A stretch of DNA of 64,000 nt from Nitrospira sp. (GTDB lineage Bacteria; Nitrospirota; Thermodesulfovibrionia; Thermodesulfovibrionales; SM23-35): positions 53,734 to 117,733 of the forward strand of contig VGWX01000001.1 in the NCBI GenBank assembly GCA_016873615.1, in the 5' to 3' direction. Position numbers and translations under genes: made by a program. Position 1 is the first letter of the stretch. Each line of letters opens with the position of its first letter. Below, one piece after another: positions 34,410-43,377 of this stretch. A model generated the notes under the pieces. It made no database searches, had not been told where the DNA came from, and was given only the letters and a program-made list of their open reading frames with translations.

Positions 34410-35666
34410 TTATTCCCTTAACTGCCCGTTGCCAAGCACAATAAACTTTGTGCAGGTCAGCTCCTCGATCCCCATCGGCCCCCTTGCATGAATCTTATCC
34501 GTGGATATCCCTATCTCTGCGCCAAGCCCGAACTGAAAACCATCGTTCAGCCTTGTGGAAGCATTCACAAATACAGCTGATGAATCGACCTCTTTAAGGA
34601 ACCGCATAGCCTTAGCGTAATCGTTTGTCACTATCGCATCTGAGTGTGCAGAGCCATACTTCGCTATATGCGCCATTGCATCATCTATATCTTCCACTAT
34701 TTTTGTATTCAGGATGAGGTCAAGATATTCCTTGTAAAAATCCTCTTCCTGAACCGCTTCAAGAGATGAATCTATCTTCCTTGTGAGCGGACATCCTTTC
34801 AGCGCAACACCGGCCTTTTTAAACCTCTGTATCATTGAAGGCAGAAAAGCCTTTGCGATCTTTTTATCAACGAGCATGGTCTCCATGGCATTGCAGGTGC
34901 CAGGCCGCTGAACCTTTGCATTAAAACATATCTCCTCTGCCATTTTCAGATCAGCATCCCGGTCAATAAAAATATGACATATACCTTTGTAGTGCTTGAG
35001 AACCGGGATCCGTGAGTTTTCAGTTACAGCCCGGATAAGCGCTTCACCGCCTCTCGGTATGATCAGGTCTACTATTCCTTCGAGCCTGAGCATCTCCATT
35101 ATGGCTTCCCTGTCAGGCATATCAATAAAGGTTACCGCCCCTTGGTGAAGACCATTCTTTTTTATGACATCCCTTAAAACTTTTACAATCGCCTTATTGG
35201 AATGTATGGCCTCAGAGCCTCCTCTGAGGATAACAGCATTGCCGGCCTTAAGACACAGGCTTGCTGCATCTGCCGTAACATTCGGCCTTGACTCATAGAT
35301 AATCCCGATAAGTCCGATAGGAACGCGCATCCTGCCGACTGTCATCCCATTCGGCCTCTTCCACATCTTTATAATTTCGCCTGCGGGATCAGGCAGCGCT
35401 GAAACCTCGATCAGTCCCTGAGCCATTTCATTTATGCGTTTATCCGTCAGTCTCAGTCTGTCTATTAAAGCCTTTGAGAGGCCCTTGCCCTCAGCATATT
35501 GAATGTCTTTCTTGTTCTCGGAAATCAGCTCCTTTGCCCGTTTCTGCAAGGCCTCTGCCATACCGAGAAGGGCTTCATTCTTCTGTTTTGAAGATGCCTT
35601 CGCGATCTGCCTTGCCCCCTCTTTTGCCTCAAGTGCCTTATCAAGGACATATTTTTTAATATCCAT
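34410..35666 (-). CDS. proA: glutamate-5-semialdehyde dehydrogenase
   Basis: 418 aa, aldehyde dehydrogenase fold. Full-length similarity pattern to ProA (IYESRPNVT, STRLNDGFQFGLGAEIGIST). Confidence 0.95.
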   Translation of the reverse strand: MDIKKYVLDKALEAKEGARQIAKASSKQKNEALLGMAEALQKRAKELISENKKDIQYAEGKGLSKALIDRLRLTDKRINEMAQGLIEVSALPDPAGEIIKMWKRPNGMTVGRMRVPIGLIGIIYESRPNVTADAASLCLKAGNAVILRGGSEAIHSNKAIVKVLRDVIKKNGLHQGAVTFIDMPDREAIMEMLRLEGIVDLIIPRGGEALIRAVTENSRIPVLKHYKGICHIFIDRDADLKMAEEICFNAKVQRPGTCNAMETMLVDKKIAKAFLPSMIQRFKKAGVALKGCPLTRKIDSSLEAVQEEDFYKEYLDLILNTKIVEDIDDAMAHIAKYGSAHSDAIVTNDYAKAMRFLKEVDSSAVFVNASTRLNDGFQFGLGAEIGISTDKIHARGPMGIEELTCTKFIVLGNGQLRE

Positions 35667-35766
35667 AAATTACCTCCTGATAATGTCTTGATAAATATAC
35701 CATAGAATGTTTCGTAAGAGATATAACGGAAGATTTATATTCTCTGGACATTTGATAATATGCGCC

Positions 35767-35882
35767 GGAGAGAGAATATTTGAGCGGATTCTTTTGCCGA
35801 TAGTCAACTAGATTCTATTAATAAAGAGGCAAAAGCCTCGCAGGGAGGAACGACCGAGAATGAGCGCAAATATTCTCTCTCC
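35767..35882. repeat. 116-nt MITE-like element with perfect 16-nt terminal inverted repeats
   Basis: ggagagagaatatttg (35767-35782) and caaatattctctctcc (35867-35882), with an internal stem cttttgcc/ggcaaaag. The right half recurs at 22664-22711. Confidence 0.7.
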
Positions 35883-35932
35883 TGTACATGTCCTTAATGT
35901 GCATTTTATAAAAATGTACGTTAAAATGTCTT

Positions 35933-37681
35933 ATGCCCCAGATTAAGGTTCTGCCAAGAGATTTACGAAACAAGATTGCAGCAGGAGAGGTGATCGAAAG
36001 ACCTGCTTCTGTTGCAAAGGAATTGATAGAAAACTCAATTGATGCAGGGAGTACCGACATACAGATTGACATCCTCTACGGAGGAAAGCGTCTTATAAAG
36101 GTATCTGATAACGGGACTGGAATGGGGAAGGAAGACGCACTACTCTGCTACGAAAGACATGCAACAAGCAAACTGGGTTCTGAAGACGACCTTTTCAACA
36201 TTAAGACAATGGGTTTCAGGGGAGAAGCCCTTCCATCCATCGCCTCTGTAACAAAAATGAAGATAATTACCGGAGAAAAAGGTTCCACTTCAGGTCTGTC
36301 AATCGAATTAGCAGGAGGCGAGGTTCGGGAGATAAAGGATTCCCCTTCTGCCGGCACAATGGTTGAAGTCAGAGACTTGTTCTTTAATACGCCTGCAAGG
36401 AAAAAGTTTCTGAAATCGAACAGCACTGAACTTTTTCACATTATAGATACACTCACAAAAGAGGCCCTTTCCCACTGGGAGATCGGCTTCAGACTTCGTT
36501 CTGACAACAAGGAAATCTTAAGCCTTCCTTTAGCCTCCGGCCCTAAGGAACGCATTCTGCAGGTCTACGGCGAAGAGTTTATGAAAGGCCTCACAGAGGT
36601 GAATAATCCCCCCTTGCCCCCCTTTAGTAAAGGGGGGTTGAGGGGATTTGTGAAAAGCCGGGATGAGGGACAATTGATTAATGTAAAGATGAATGCATTC
36701 ATCTCAAAAGTCAATAATTTCAGAAATATGAAATCCCATCAGTTCATCTTTATAAACAGAAGACCGATAAAGGACCAGTCAGTGTCTCACGCAGTATATA
36801 AAGCTTACGAAGGCATAATCCCCCATGACAAGCATCCCGTCTTCTTTCTATTTCTCGACGTTGATCCTGCCAGTGTGGATGTGAATGTCCATCCGGCAAA
36901 ACGTGAGGTCAGATTTGAGAATAAGGAATTGGTCTATCGCTTTATAAATAGCAGCATAAGAGAAGCTGTAAGGAGCGAGCGGGCTGAATATACTAAACAA
37001 TTCACAGGAATTCCTGCGATAGATTTTCCCCCGCCTCATCCGGAGATTTCATCATCGCCTTACCACTTACCCCTTCCCACTCATGAATCTCAAATATCCG
37101 AAAATCTCGAACTGGCCTACAGGGCATTGTTGCCGTTCATATACCTCGGAGACACATTTATTGCCCTTTCAGGTAAAGGAGGGCTTACGCTCATCGACCA
37201 TCATGCTGCCCATGAAAGGATTCTCTATGAAAGATTTCTAAGTGGGATTAACCTTAATTCCCATCAGCTGTTATTCCCAAGGCAGGTAAAGCTTTCACAT
37301 AAAGAATACATGGTTATCCTTCAGAACCTCCATATACTCATAGACTTTGGAATTGAGACAGATGATTTTGGACATGATACTATTATTGTTCGCTCCTTAC
37401 CCGATGTTTTAAGAGAAGCTGATATAAGAGGGATTTTCTCGGATATTGCATCATGTATTATCGAAGGTGTTGCGCCTGACAAATCTTTTAAAAAGGATCT
37501 TGCTGCACGGATTGCATGTCACAGTTCAGTAAGGGGCAAAGAAATCCTCAATCAGGAAGAACTCTCAAACCTTATTGCCGACCTTGAGCAGACAGAATAC
37601 CCTGACCAGTGTCCTCACGGCAGGCCGACAAGAATCTTCTTTTCTCTGGACGATCTGAAGAAGATGTTTAAGAGGAAATGA
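35933..37681 (+). CDS. mutL: DNA mismatch repair protein MutL
   Basis: 582 aa with GHKL ATPase motifs (AAGEVIERPASVAKELIENSIDAG, DNGTGM) and the C-terminal dimerisation/endonuclease region. Confidence 0.95.
   Translation: MPQIKVLPRDLRNKIAAGEVIERPASVAKELIENSIDAGSTDIQIDILYGGKRLIKVSDNGTGMGKEDALLCYERHATSKLGSEDDLFNIKTMGFRGEALPSIASVTKMKIITGEKGSTSGLSIELAGGEVREIKDSPSAGTMVEVRDLFFNTPARKKFLKSNSTELFHIIDTLTKEALSHWEIGFRLRSDNKEILSLPLASGPKERILQVYGEEFMKGLTEVNNPPLPPFSKGGLRGFVKSRDEGQLINVKMNAFISKVNNFRNMKSHQFIFINRRPIKDQSVSHAVYKAYEGIIPHDKHPVFFLFLDVDPASVDVNVHPAKREVRFENKELVYRFINSSIREAVRSERAEYTKQFTGIPAIDFPPPHPEISSSPYHLPLPTHESQISENLELAYRALLPFIYLGDTFIALSGKGGLTLIDHHAAHERILYERFLSGINLNSHQLLFPRQVKLSHKEYMVILQNLHILIDFGIETDDFGHDTIIVRSLPDVLREADIRGIFSDIASCIIEGVAPDKSFKKDLAARIACHSSVRGKEILNQEELSNLIADLEQTEYPDQCPHGRPTRIFFSLDDLKKMFKRK
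36605..36648. repeat. 44-nt G/C-tract palindromic element inside mutL (in frame)
   Basis: aatccccccttgcccccctttagtaaaggggggttgaggggatt. It belongs to the same family as 30764-30808 and encodes NPPLPPFSKGGLRGF. Confidence 0.75.
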
Positions 37682-38246
37682 ACTTATCTAAATATTTTTG
37701 TGTATAAATCGGGAACCTTTTTGAAAAGTCTTTCACTGTAGCCATTGAAAGCTTTTTAATATCAATTTCGTCTACATCTATCGAGGCTATCCCCCTCGAT
37801 GCAAAATAGACAAGGTCAAGAAATGCCTTCTCAGTCTTTGCAATATAGATTCCTCCCTTCATCTCATAGCCCCAGAAAAGCTCCTTTTTTATCTGTCTGA
37901 ACTCTACATCCCTTTCTTCAACAGTTAGTCTTTTAGTTTTTCTTGTTGTGGCAAAGGTTAAAGTATAAGGCACAAGGTTAAGAACACTGTATCTCGAAAG
38001 CGCAGATTCGAATGAGAGGTAGTTTGGCATATAAAGGGATGCAGCAATTTTCTCTATGGATGGTCTTGCTGTAAAGAGGCGATAAATGCCCTTGCTCACC
38101 CTTTCCAATATGCCGCTATCAACCCATCGTTTAATTGTCACATATATGCTATCTTTGGGCAGACCGGTTAACTTTTCGAGATCTGTGACAGAATAAAATG
38201 GTTTGTTAAATCGCTCAAGGGACTTTATAAGCTCTATTGTCTTCAT
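37668..38246 (-). CDS. AbiEi-family antitoxin (type IV TA, winged-helix)
   Basis: 192 aa. SVTDLEKLTGLPKDSIYVTIKRWVDSGILERVSKGIYRL and PNYLSFESALSRYSVL are typical of AbiEi. It overlaps the mutL 3' end by 14 nt (convergent). Confidence 0.7.
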   Translation of the reverse strand: MKTIELIKSLERFNKPFYSVTDLEKLTGLPKDSIYVTIKRWVDSGILERVSKGIYRLFTARPSIEKIAASLYMPNYLSFESALSRYSVLNLVPYTLTFATTRKTKRLTVEERDVEFRQIKKELFWGYEMKGGIYIAKTEKAFLDLVYFASRGIASIDVDEIDIKKLSMATVKDFSKRFPIYTQKYLDKFISS

Positions 38247-38968
38247 ATCTTTAATGTATCAATTACGGGCCAGAAATCTTTTGGAAGGTATTTCCTTAAT
38301 TCACGTACAAGTTCTCTTTTAGGGATTGAAATAGTATCAGGCTTATATTCCGTTTTAAGTTTCTGACATATATACCACAAATCAAAAATATCTTTTGGCT
38401 TTGCCCTCTCTTTTATACATGCAAGCTTGTCTTTAAATAATTGTTCAAGGGTAGCCACCCTGCCGAGACACTGTATAGTAGAAAGAGGGGATGACATAAG
38501 CGATAAATCAGATTTATATTTTTTATCATGCCTTTTAGATATCTCAACCTTTATCCTGAAAGGCGAAGGAAGATAGTCCTGATTAATTTTAATCTCTCCA
38601 AGATATGTGTAATATTTTTCCTCTAAATCTGTTAATGCAAGCTCTGGATACGGAGAAATGATTTTTTTGATAAGGAGACCGAATTTGTCCTTTAACTTAT
38701 CCTCGGTAAGAGAGAAATCAAGGTCTTCAGAGAACCTCGGAGAACCGTAGACGAGCCTTAATGCTGTACCACCCTTGAATATAAGATAATTTCCCTCCGG
38801 AGAATCAAAAAGCCCTTTCAATAGTATAGTCTCCCAGAACTCCCTGACCACTTGAGTCATATCAATTTTTAAAGTCTTCGCCTGATTCTCCGCTATCTCT
38901 CGTTCCATATTTATTAACAGTTTTGTTAAGTTATAAGGAACTATATAATATCCATGAAGTTTTGTCAA
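38243..38968 (-). CDS. AbiEii/AbiGii-family nucleotidyltransferase toxin
   Basis: 241 aa with LIFKGGTALRLVYGSPRFSEDLDFS (DUF1814 NTase motif). It overlaps the downstream AbiEi gene by 4 nt. Confidence 0.8.
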   Translation of the reverse strand: MTKLHGYYIVPYNLTKLLINMEREIAENQAKTLKIDMTQVVREFWETILLKGLFDSPEGNYLIFKGGTALRLVYGSPRFSEDLDFSLTEDKLKDKFGLLIKKIISPYPELALTDLEEKYYTYLGEIKINQDYLPSPFRIKVEISKRHDKKYKSDLSLMSSPLSTIQCLGRVATLEQLFKDKLACIKERAKPKDIFDLWYICQKLKTEYKPDTISIPKRELVRELRKYLPKDFWPVIDTLKI

Positions 38969-39169
38969 ATTTTAAATCATCGTCGTTGACATCAAACATA
39001 CATTTTGATAGCTTATTAAAAGCATTGAGATGAAAATAGCAGAGTTTATACAAAGAATTGCAGTCAGGGAAAGAGACACTGGACTTATTTACAAAGGCAT
39101 ATAGCCATTATGGAAACCGACGGAAAAAAGGAAATTATCAATAGCCAAGTCTGACCACATAAATAGGAA

Positions 39170-40165
39170 ATGAACAAAGTCATCATCCTTCTTGGACCCA
39201 CAGGCGTTGGGAAGACCGGGGTATCTATCCTCCTTGCAAGGGAACTGAAAACGGAAATAATCAGTGCGGATTCAATGCAGATTTACAGGCATATGGACAT
39301 TGGGACTGCAAAGCCTGCGCCTGAAGAGAGGGCTCTGATCAGACATCATATGATAGATATCGCTGATCCATGGGAGTCTTTCAGTACAGGGAAATACATC
39401 GCAGCAGTTGTGCCTGTTATTGAGCATTTGCATAGGAATGGAAAAATCCCTGTATTAGTTGGAGGAACAGGGCTTTATATTAAGGCAATGACTCGCGGCA
39501 TCTTCAGCGGTCCTTCTGCGGACTGGAAATTGAGACAAGAGTTTCTCTCGATGGAAAAGGAAGAGGAAGGTTCTCTTTACTATTATCTCAAAGAACTTGA
39601 CCCTGAAGCTGCACTAAAAATAACTCCGAAGGATATACGGAGAATCATCAGGGCTATTGAAGTCTGCCTGAAAAGCAATATCCGCATTTCAGATATGCAG
39701 AAAAATCTCACTCAACCGCTTCCATATGAGTTTATTAAAATTGGTATCACCCGTGACAGAAAAGAACTTTACAGGATGATCGAAGACAGGGTTGATGAGA
39801 TGATAAAGATAGGACTCATTGATGAAGTAAAGAGATTAACAAATCTGCTGAAGGAAACGGAGACGCGGAGACACGGGAACGCGGAGAAAGAAAAATTCAC
39901 CGATTTGCCGATTCACCGATTCGCCGATTCGCCTTTTCCTTCCATGCAGGCTATAGGATATAAAGAGATCGCCATGTGCCTGCATGGAGAGATTTCTTTA
40001 GACGAGGCAGTCATGGTCATAAAGCGGGACACAAAAAGGTATGCGAAAAGGCAATTCACCTGGTTCAGAAAAGAAGAACATATTCAATGGGTCGACATAA
40101 CAGGCGTTCAGGACAGCAACGAAGTTTTTACAAGGGTCTTGAATACTCTTAAAACCAAGCTGTAA
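39170..40165 (+). CDS. miaA: tRNA dimethylallyltransferase
   Basis: 331 aa with P-loop GPTGVGKT and IGYKE. It contains a repeat-derived insertion (39856-39933). Confidence 0.95.
   Translation: MNKVIILLGPTGVGKTGVSILLARELKTEIISADSMQIYRHMDIGTAKPAPEERALIRHHMIDIADPWESFSTGKYIAAVVPVIEHLHRNGKIPVLVGGTGLYIKAMTRGIFSGPSADWKLRQEFLSMEKEEEGSLYYYLKELDPEAALKITPKDIRRIIRAIEVCLKSNIRISDMQKNLTQPLPYEFIKIGITRDRKELYRMIEDRVDEMIKIGLIDEVKRLTNLLKETETRRHGNAEKEKFTDLPIHRFADSPFPSMQAIGYKEIAMCLHGEISLDEAVMVIKRDTKRYAKRQFTWFRKEEHIQWVDITGVQDSNEVFTRVLNTLKTKL
39856..39933. repeat. two short tandem-repeat blocks inside miaA (CGGAGA x3; CCGATTNN x4)
   Basis: acggagacgcggagacacgggaacgcggagaaag and caccgatttgccgattcaccgattcgccgattcgcc. 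Together they encode ETETRRHGNAEKEKFTDLPIHRFADSP. Confidence 0.65.
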
Positions 40166-40234
40166 AAGGAAAATCTTGCAATATTAGGAAAAATACTTTA
40201 TGGTAGAAGATATAAAAAATAAGGAGAACAGGTC

Positions 40235-40474
40235 ATGTCAATCGCCGGCAAAGCTATAAACCTTCAGGACATCTATCTGAACCAGCTCAGGAAAGACAAA
40301 ATTCCTGTTGTGATATATCTCACGAACGGGGTCCGGCTGAAAGGCACAATAAGAGGCTTTGATAATTTTGTGCTTCTCTTGAGAGAAAATACTAATTCGC
40401 TTATTTATAAACATGCTATATCGACTATAATACCCGAGAAAGATATAGAGATAGGATTTGAAGAGCAGTTATAA
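40235..40474 (+). CDS. hfq: RNA chaperone Hfq
   Basis: 79 aa with Sm1/Sm2 motifs ([34 protein letters not shown]). It follows miaA as in many bacteria. Confidence 0.95.
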   Translation: MSIAGKAINLQDIYLNQLRKDKIPVVIYLTNGVRLKGTIRGFDNFVLLLRENTNSLIYKHAISTIIPEKDIEIGFEEQL

Positions 40475-40610
40475 CCTCAGGAATCCTATACCTGCTGCAG
40501 ACCTCATAATAAAAGGCATGGTTTTAATAAAAAGGGGCAACCCGCCTGATCAAATAACCTTTGATCACAGAAATATCTTGAATGATTATTTTACAGGGAG
40601 GTATCAGTAA

Positions 40611-41288
40611 ATGCTCAAGGCAATGCAGAAGCATCAAAAATATTTTTATGTCCTTTTCGTGATAATTATAATAAGTTTTATAGGCTGGGGTGTAGGCACT
40701 GTTGATAATACAGGAGGCGTCGAGGTTCTTGCAGAGGTAGGGGACTATAAAATAACAACTGAGGAATATTGGAAGACGTATGAGAGGGTATACCGTTTTT
40801 ACAGGGAGATTTACAAGGACAAGTTTGACGAAGAGACAGAGAAAAAGCTGAACCTGAAAGAGAATGTTCTCGACTCAATGATTAATGAACATGTCCTCCT
40901 AATAACTGCCAAACAGACGGGTATCAGTGTAAGTGATGAGGAGCTCCAGGACTCAATAATCAATGATCCGGCTTTTCTGAAAAACGGAGTATTCGATAAG
41001 GATGTTTACCTGAACAGATTACGGTTAAACAGGATAACTCCGGAGTACTATGAGAACACAAAACGCCAGGAATTGACATTTAATAAAATGAAACGATTCA
41101 TAGAATTGTCTGTTGATGTAACAGATATGGACATTAATATATCACAGCAGGTTTCAGGTAATGAAGAAATAGCAAAGATGCTCAGCCAGGCAAAACTCAG
41201 CGAGAAAAAGGAAAAGGCAGTTAAATCCTATATTGAAGGTCTGAAAAAGAATATCAAGATCACAGTCAATAAAAAGCTTATTGCCTGA
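40611..41288 (+). CDS. PpiD/SurA N-terminal-domain periplasmic chaperone-like protein (no PPIase domain)
   Basis: 225 aa: N-terminal membrane anchor ([19 protein letters not shown]), then a SurA_N-like helical region. Confidence 0.55.
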   Translation: MLKAMQKHQKYFYVLFVIIIISFIGWGVGTVDNTGGVEVLAEVGDYKITTEEYWKTYERVYRFYREIYKDKFDEETEKKLNLKENVLDSMINEHVLLITAKQTGISVSDEELQDSIINDPAFLKNGVFDKDVYLNRLRLNRITPEYYENTKRQELTFNKMKRFIELSVDVTDMDINISQQVSGNEEIAKMLSQAKLSEKKEKAVKSYIEGLKKNIKITVNKKLIA

Positions 41289-41338
41289 ACGATAAACTTG
41301 AAAACCCTCAGATTTTTGTAGTAGCATACATATCTTGT

Positions 41339-41424
41339 GCCGAAGTGGTGGAACCTGGTAGACACGCACGTTTGAGGGGCGTGTGGGGTAACCCGTGCGG
41401 GTTCAAATCCCGCCTTCGGCACCA
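41339..41424 (+). tRNA. tRNA-Leu (anticodon GAG), type II with long variable arm, CCA encoded
   Basis: Hand-folded. Acceptor GCCGAAG/CTTCGGC. Anticodon stem CACGT/GCGTG with loop TTGAGGG (GAG at 41374-41376). 13-nt variable arm. T-arm GCGGG-TTCAAAT-CCCGC. Discriminator A plus CCA. Confidence 0.9.
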
Positions 41425-41529
41425 TAAAACTCCTTTCACAAAAAGAAAAGTACCCTTCAATCAAATTACAATTGTAAACTATGTTGAATTTCAATGTAAG
41501 ATTTGGAACTGAACTGGTAAGACAAAGGA

Positions 41530-41578
41530 CAATCTCGTCAAATCCCTCCTTTGGAAAAGGGAGAATTTGACGAGATTG
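41530..41578 (-). terminator. long hairpin downstream of the 36-aa ORF
   Basis: Perfect 14-bp stem caatctcgtcaaat (41530-41543) / atttgacgagattg (41565-41578). A U-rich stretch follows on the minus strand. Confidence 0.45.
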
Positions 41579-41604
41579 GTGAAAAAGGTATCTTTTACGT
41601 ATAC

Positions 41605-41715
41605 CTACTTTTTCTTATGGCTTGCGCAGAATTTAGATTTTCCGGTTGCAGAGTTTTTACACTTTTTCCCCTCTTTTGTTTTTGCAGCACATGCCACCTT
41701 CTTTGCTGTTGCCAT
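41605..41715 (-). CDS. 36-aa lysine/cysteine-rich small protein; not in the ORF track
   Basis: Own translation: MATAKKVACAAKTKEGKKCKNSATGKSKFCASHKKK*. AGGGAGG lies 4 nt before the ATG, and the hairpin 41530-41578 lies downstream. The C..C..CxxH spacing suggests a Zn knuckle. Confidence 0.5.
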   Translation of the reverse strand: MATAKKVACAAKTKEGKKCKNSATGKSKFCASHKKK

Positions 41716-41891
41716 TTTTCCTCCCTTTAAAAGAATATTTGAATTAAGTATATCACAAATAACTATTCATAAATATATTGATTCATCCATGCAGATAAAA
41801 ACCATAAAAAATAATTTGTGGTTGGAATAGAACTTTGCCCGAAATTTTGCTAAACTTAATCAAACGGGTGACCTTTTGAGGGAAGAGATAC

Positions 41892-42872
41892 ATGCCGAAA
41901 TTTAATAGCCGTGAAGAATACGAACAGTGGAAAAAAGACAAACTAAAAAATAACCTTGAAAAATTTCAACAACCCGAAGAAACGCAGGAATCAGAAGAAG
42001 AAAAGATAGATAGCACTCTCAATTCTCTTCCTCCTCAAAACAGTCAGCCTGTTGCAACTGTTATAGAACTCCGGCCTATAGGTGAGCTTTTTAAGGATTC
42101 CTGGGAAATTTTCAAAAGGCGTTTCATTGCTCTCATTGCCCTTTACCTTCTATCCATAGTTTTCTTATTTGTTATCATCGGAATCTTTAGCGGTATTGGC
42201 TATCTTCTTTCAACTCTTTTCCCTGAAAATAAAAATGCCGTGATTGCAGCAGGCTTATTCACAGGCATGATTCCAGGTTTTATAGCTATGTTCTGGGTTT
42301 TTGCTGCATTCACCTTTGCTGTTGTTGATCAATCCCTTGGGATAAGGGAAGCCCTTGAAAAAGGCTGGCAGAGGCTTGGTCCCTTTATGTGGCTTGCGTC
42401 CCTGCTCGGTTTTATTGTCACAGGGGGATTCTTTTTATTAGTTATACCCGGCGTTATTTTCCTCGTTTGGTTTATCTTCGCCCAGTTTATCCTCGCTTCC
42501 GAGGATGAGAGGGGCATGAACGCTATCCTCAAAAGCAAGGCATATGTCAAAGATAGATGGTTCGATATATTTCTTAGGCTTTTCGTAGTCTGGCTTGTTT
42601 CCGCCATCCTCGGCATAGTTCCGCTGATAGGACCCATATTGTCTTTGATCTTTTTCCCTTTCACTATGATTTTTATCTGCCTTGTCTATCGGGACTTAAA
42701 AGCCATAAAGGGAGAAGGGTTTATTTACCCTCATTCTTCAGGAGACAAATTCATGTGGATCGGGATAGGAGCGCTTGGGTATATTGTCTTGCCTCTTTTC
42801 ATTATCGGCATTCTCGGCGCATCACTTACAATTCCCCTGCTCATCCTGAAGGGCATGATGAATTCCCAGTGA
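41892..42872 (+). CDS. polytopic membrane protein of unknown function
   Basis: 326 aa: charged N-terminal 60 aa, then about 6 predicted TM helices. Confidence 0.55.
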   Translation: MPKFNSREEYEQWKKDKLKNNLEKFQQPEETQESEEEKIDSTLNSLPPQNSQPVATVIELRPIGELFKDSWEIFKRRFIALIALYLLSIVFLFVIIGIFSGIGYLLSTLFPENKNAVIAAGLFTGMIPGFIAMFWVFAAFTFAVVDQSLGIREALEKGWQRLGPFMWLASLLGFIVTGGFFLLVIPGVIFLVWFIFAQFILASEDERGMNAILKSKAYVKDRWFDIFLRLFVVWLVSAILGIVPLIGPILSLIFFPFTMIFICLVYRDLKAIKGEGFIYPHSSGDKFMWIGIGALGYIVLPLFIIGILGASLTIPLLILKGMMNSQ

Positions 42873-42926
42873 CAGAATATAGTGATTGCTCCACTAAGAA
42901 TAGATCTATTGTTATTGCAAGGAATC

Positions 42927-43268
42927 TTATCCGGGTGGCCAGTGCATCAAACGGCCTCCAACGATATGAAGGTGGATATGGAATACCGTCTGCCCTGATT
43001 CCGGATTGCAGTTTATTACAAGCCTGAACCCTCGTTCTGCGATTCCCCTGTCTTTTGCAATTCTGTTGGCTATTTGGAATAAATGACCAATAAGCGCATT
43101 GTCTTCTTCTTTTATCTCAAGGTTTGTTGAAATATGCTTTTTGGGGATAACAAGCGCATGTACAGGCGCTTGAGGATTAATATCCTCAAAGGCTAATGCG
43201 TGGTCATCCTCGTAAATTATTCTGGCAGGTCTTTTTTTCTCTGCGATCTCACAGAATATGCACCCCAT
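42927..43268 (-). CDS. HIT-family (histidine triad) nucleotide hydrolase
   Basis: 113 aa with the HIHLHIVGG motif. Confidence 0.9.
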   Translation of the reverse strand: MGCIFCEIAEKKRPARIIYEDDHALAFEDINPQAPVHALVIPKKHISTNLEIKEEDNALIGHLFQIANRIAKDRGIAERGFRLVINCNPESGQTVFHIHLHIVGGRLMHWPPG

Positions 43269-43377
43269 ATAATTCCAGCCTTTCTTGTTATTTTCAGCAG
43301 AACAAATTAGATTGCGTCTTTGTTAAATTATAGCAGCTTCAATAAATAATACAACCAATATTAGAATATTTTAGAGA

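Noticed and set aside
41228-41494. 88-aa minus-strand ORF
   Set aside because: It runs straight through tRNA-Leu (GFEPARV... is the usual tRNA shadow translation).
41567-41830. 87-aa plus-strand ORF
   Set aside because: It has a TTG start inside a hairpin, no SD and a Phe-rich low-complexity product. The opposite strand has a compact ORF with a strong SD and a terminator.
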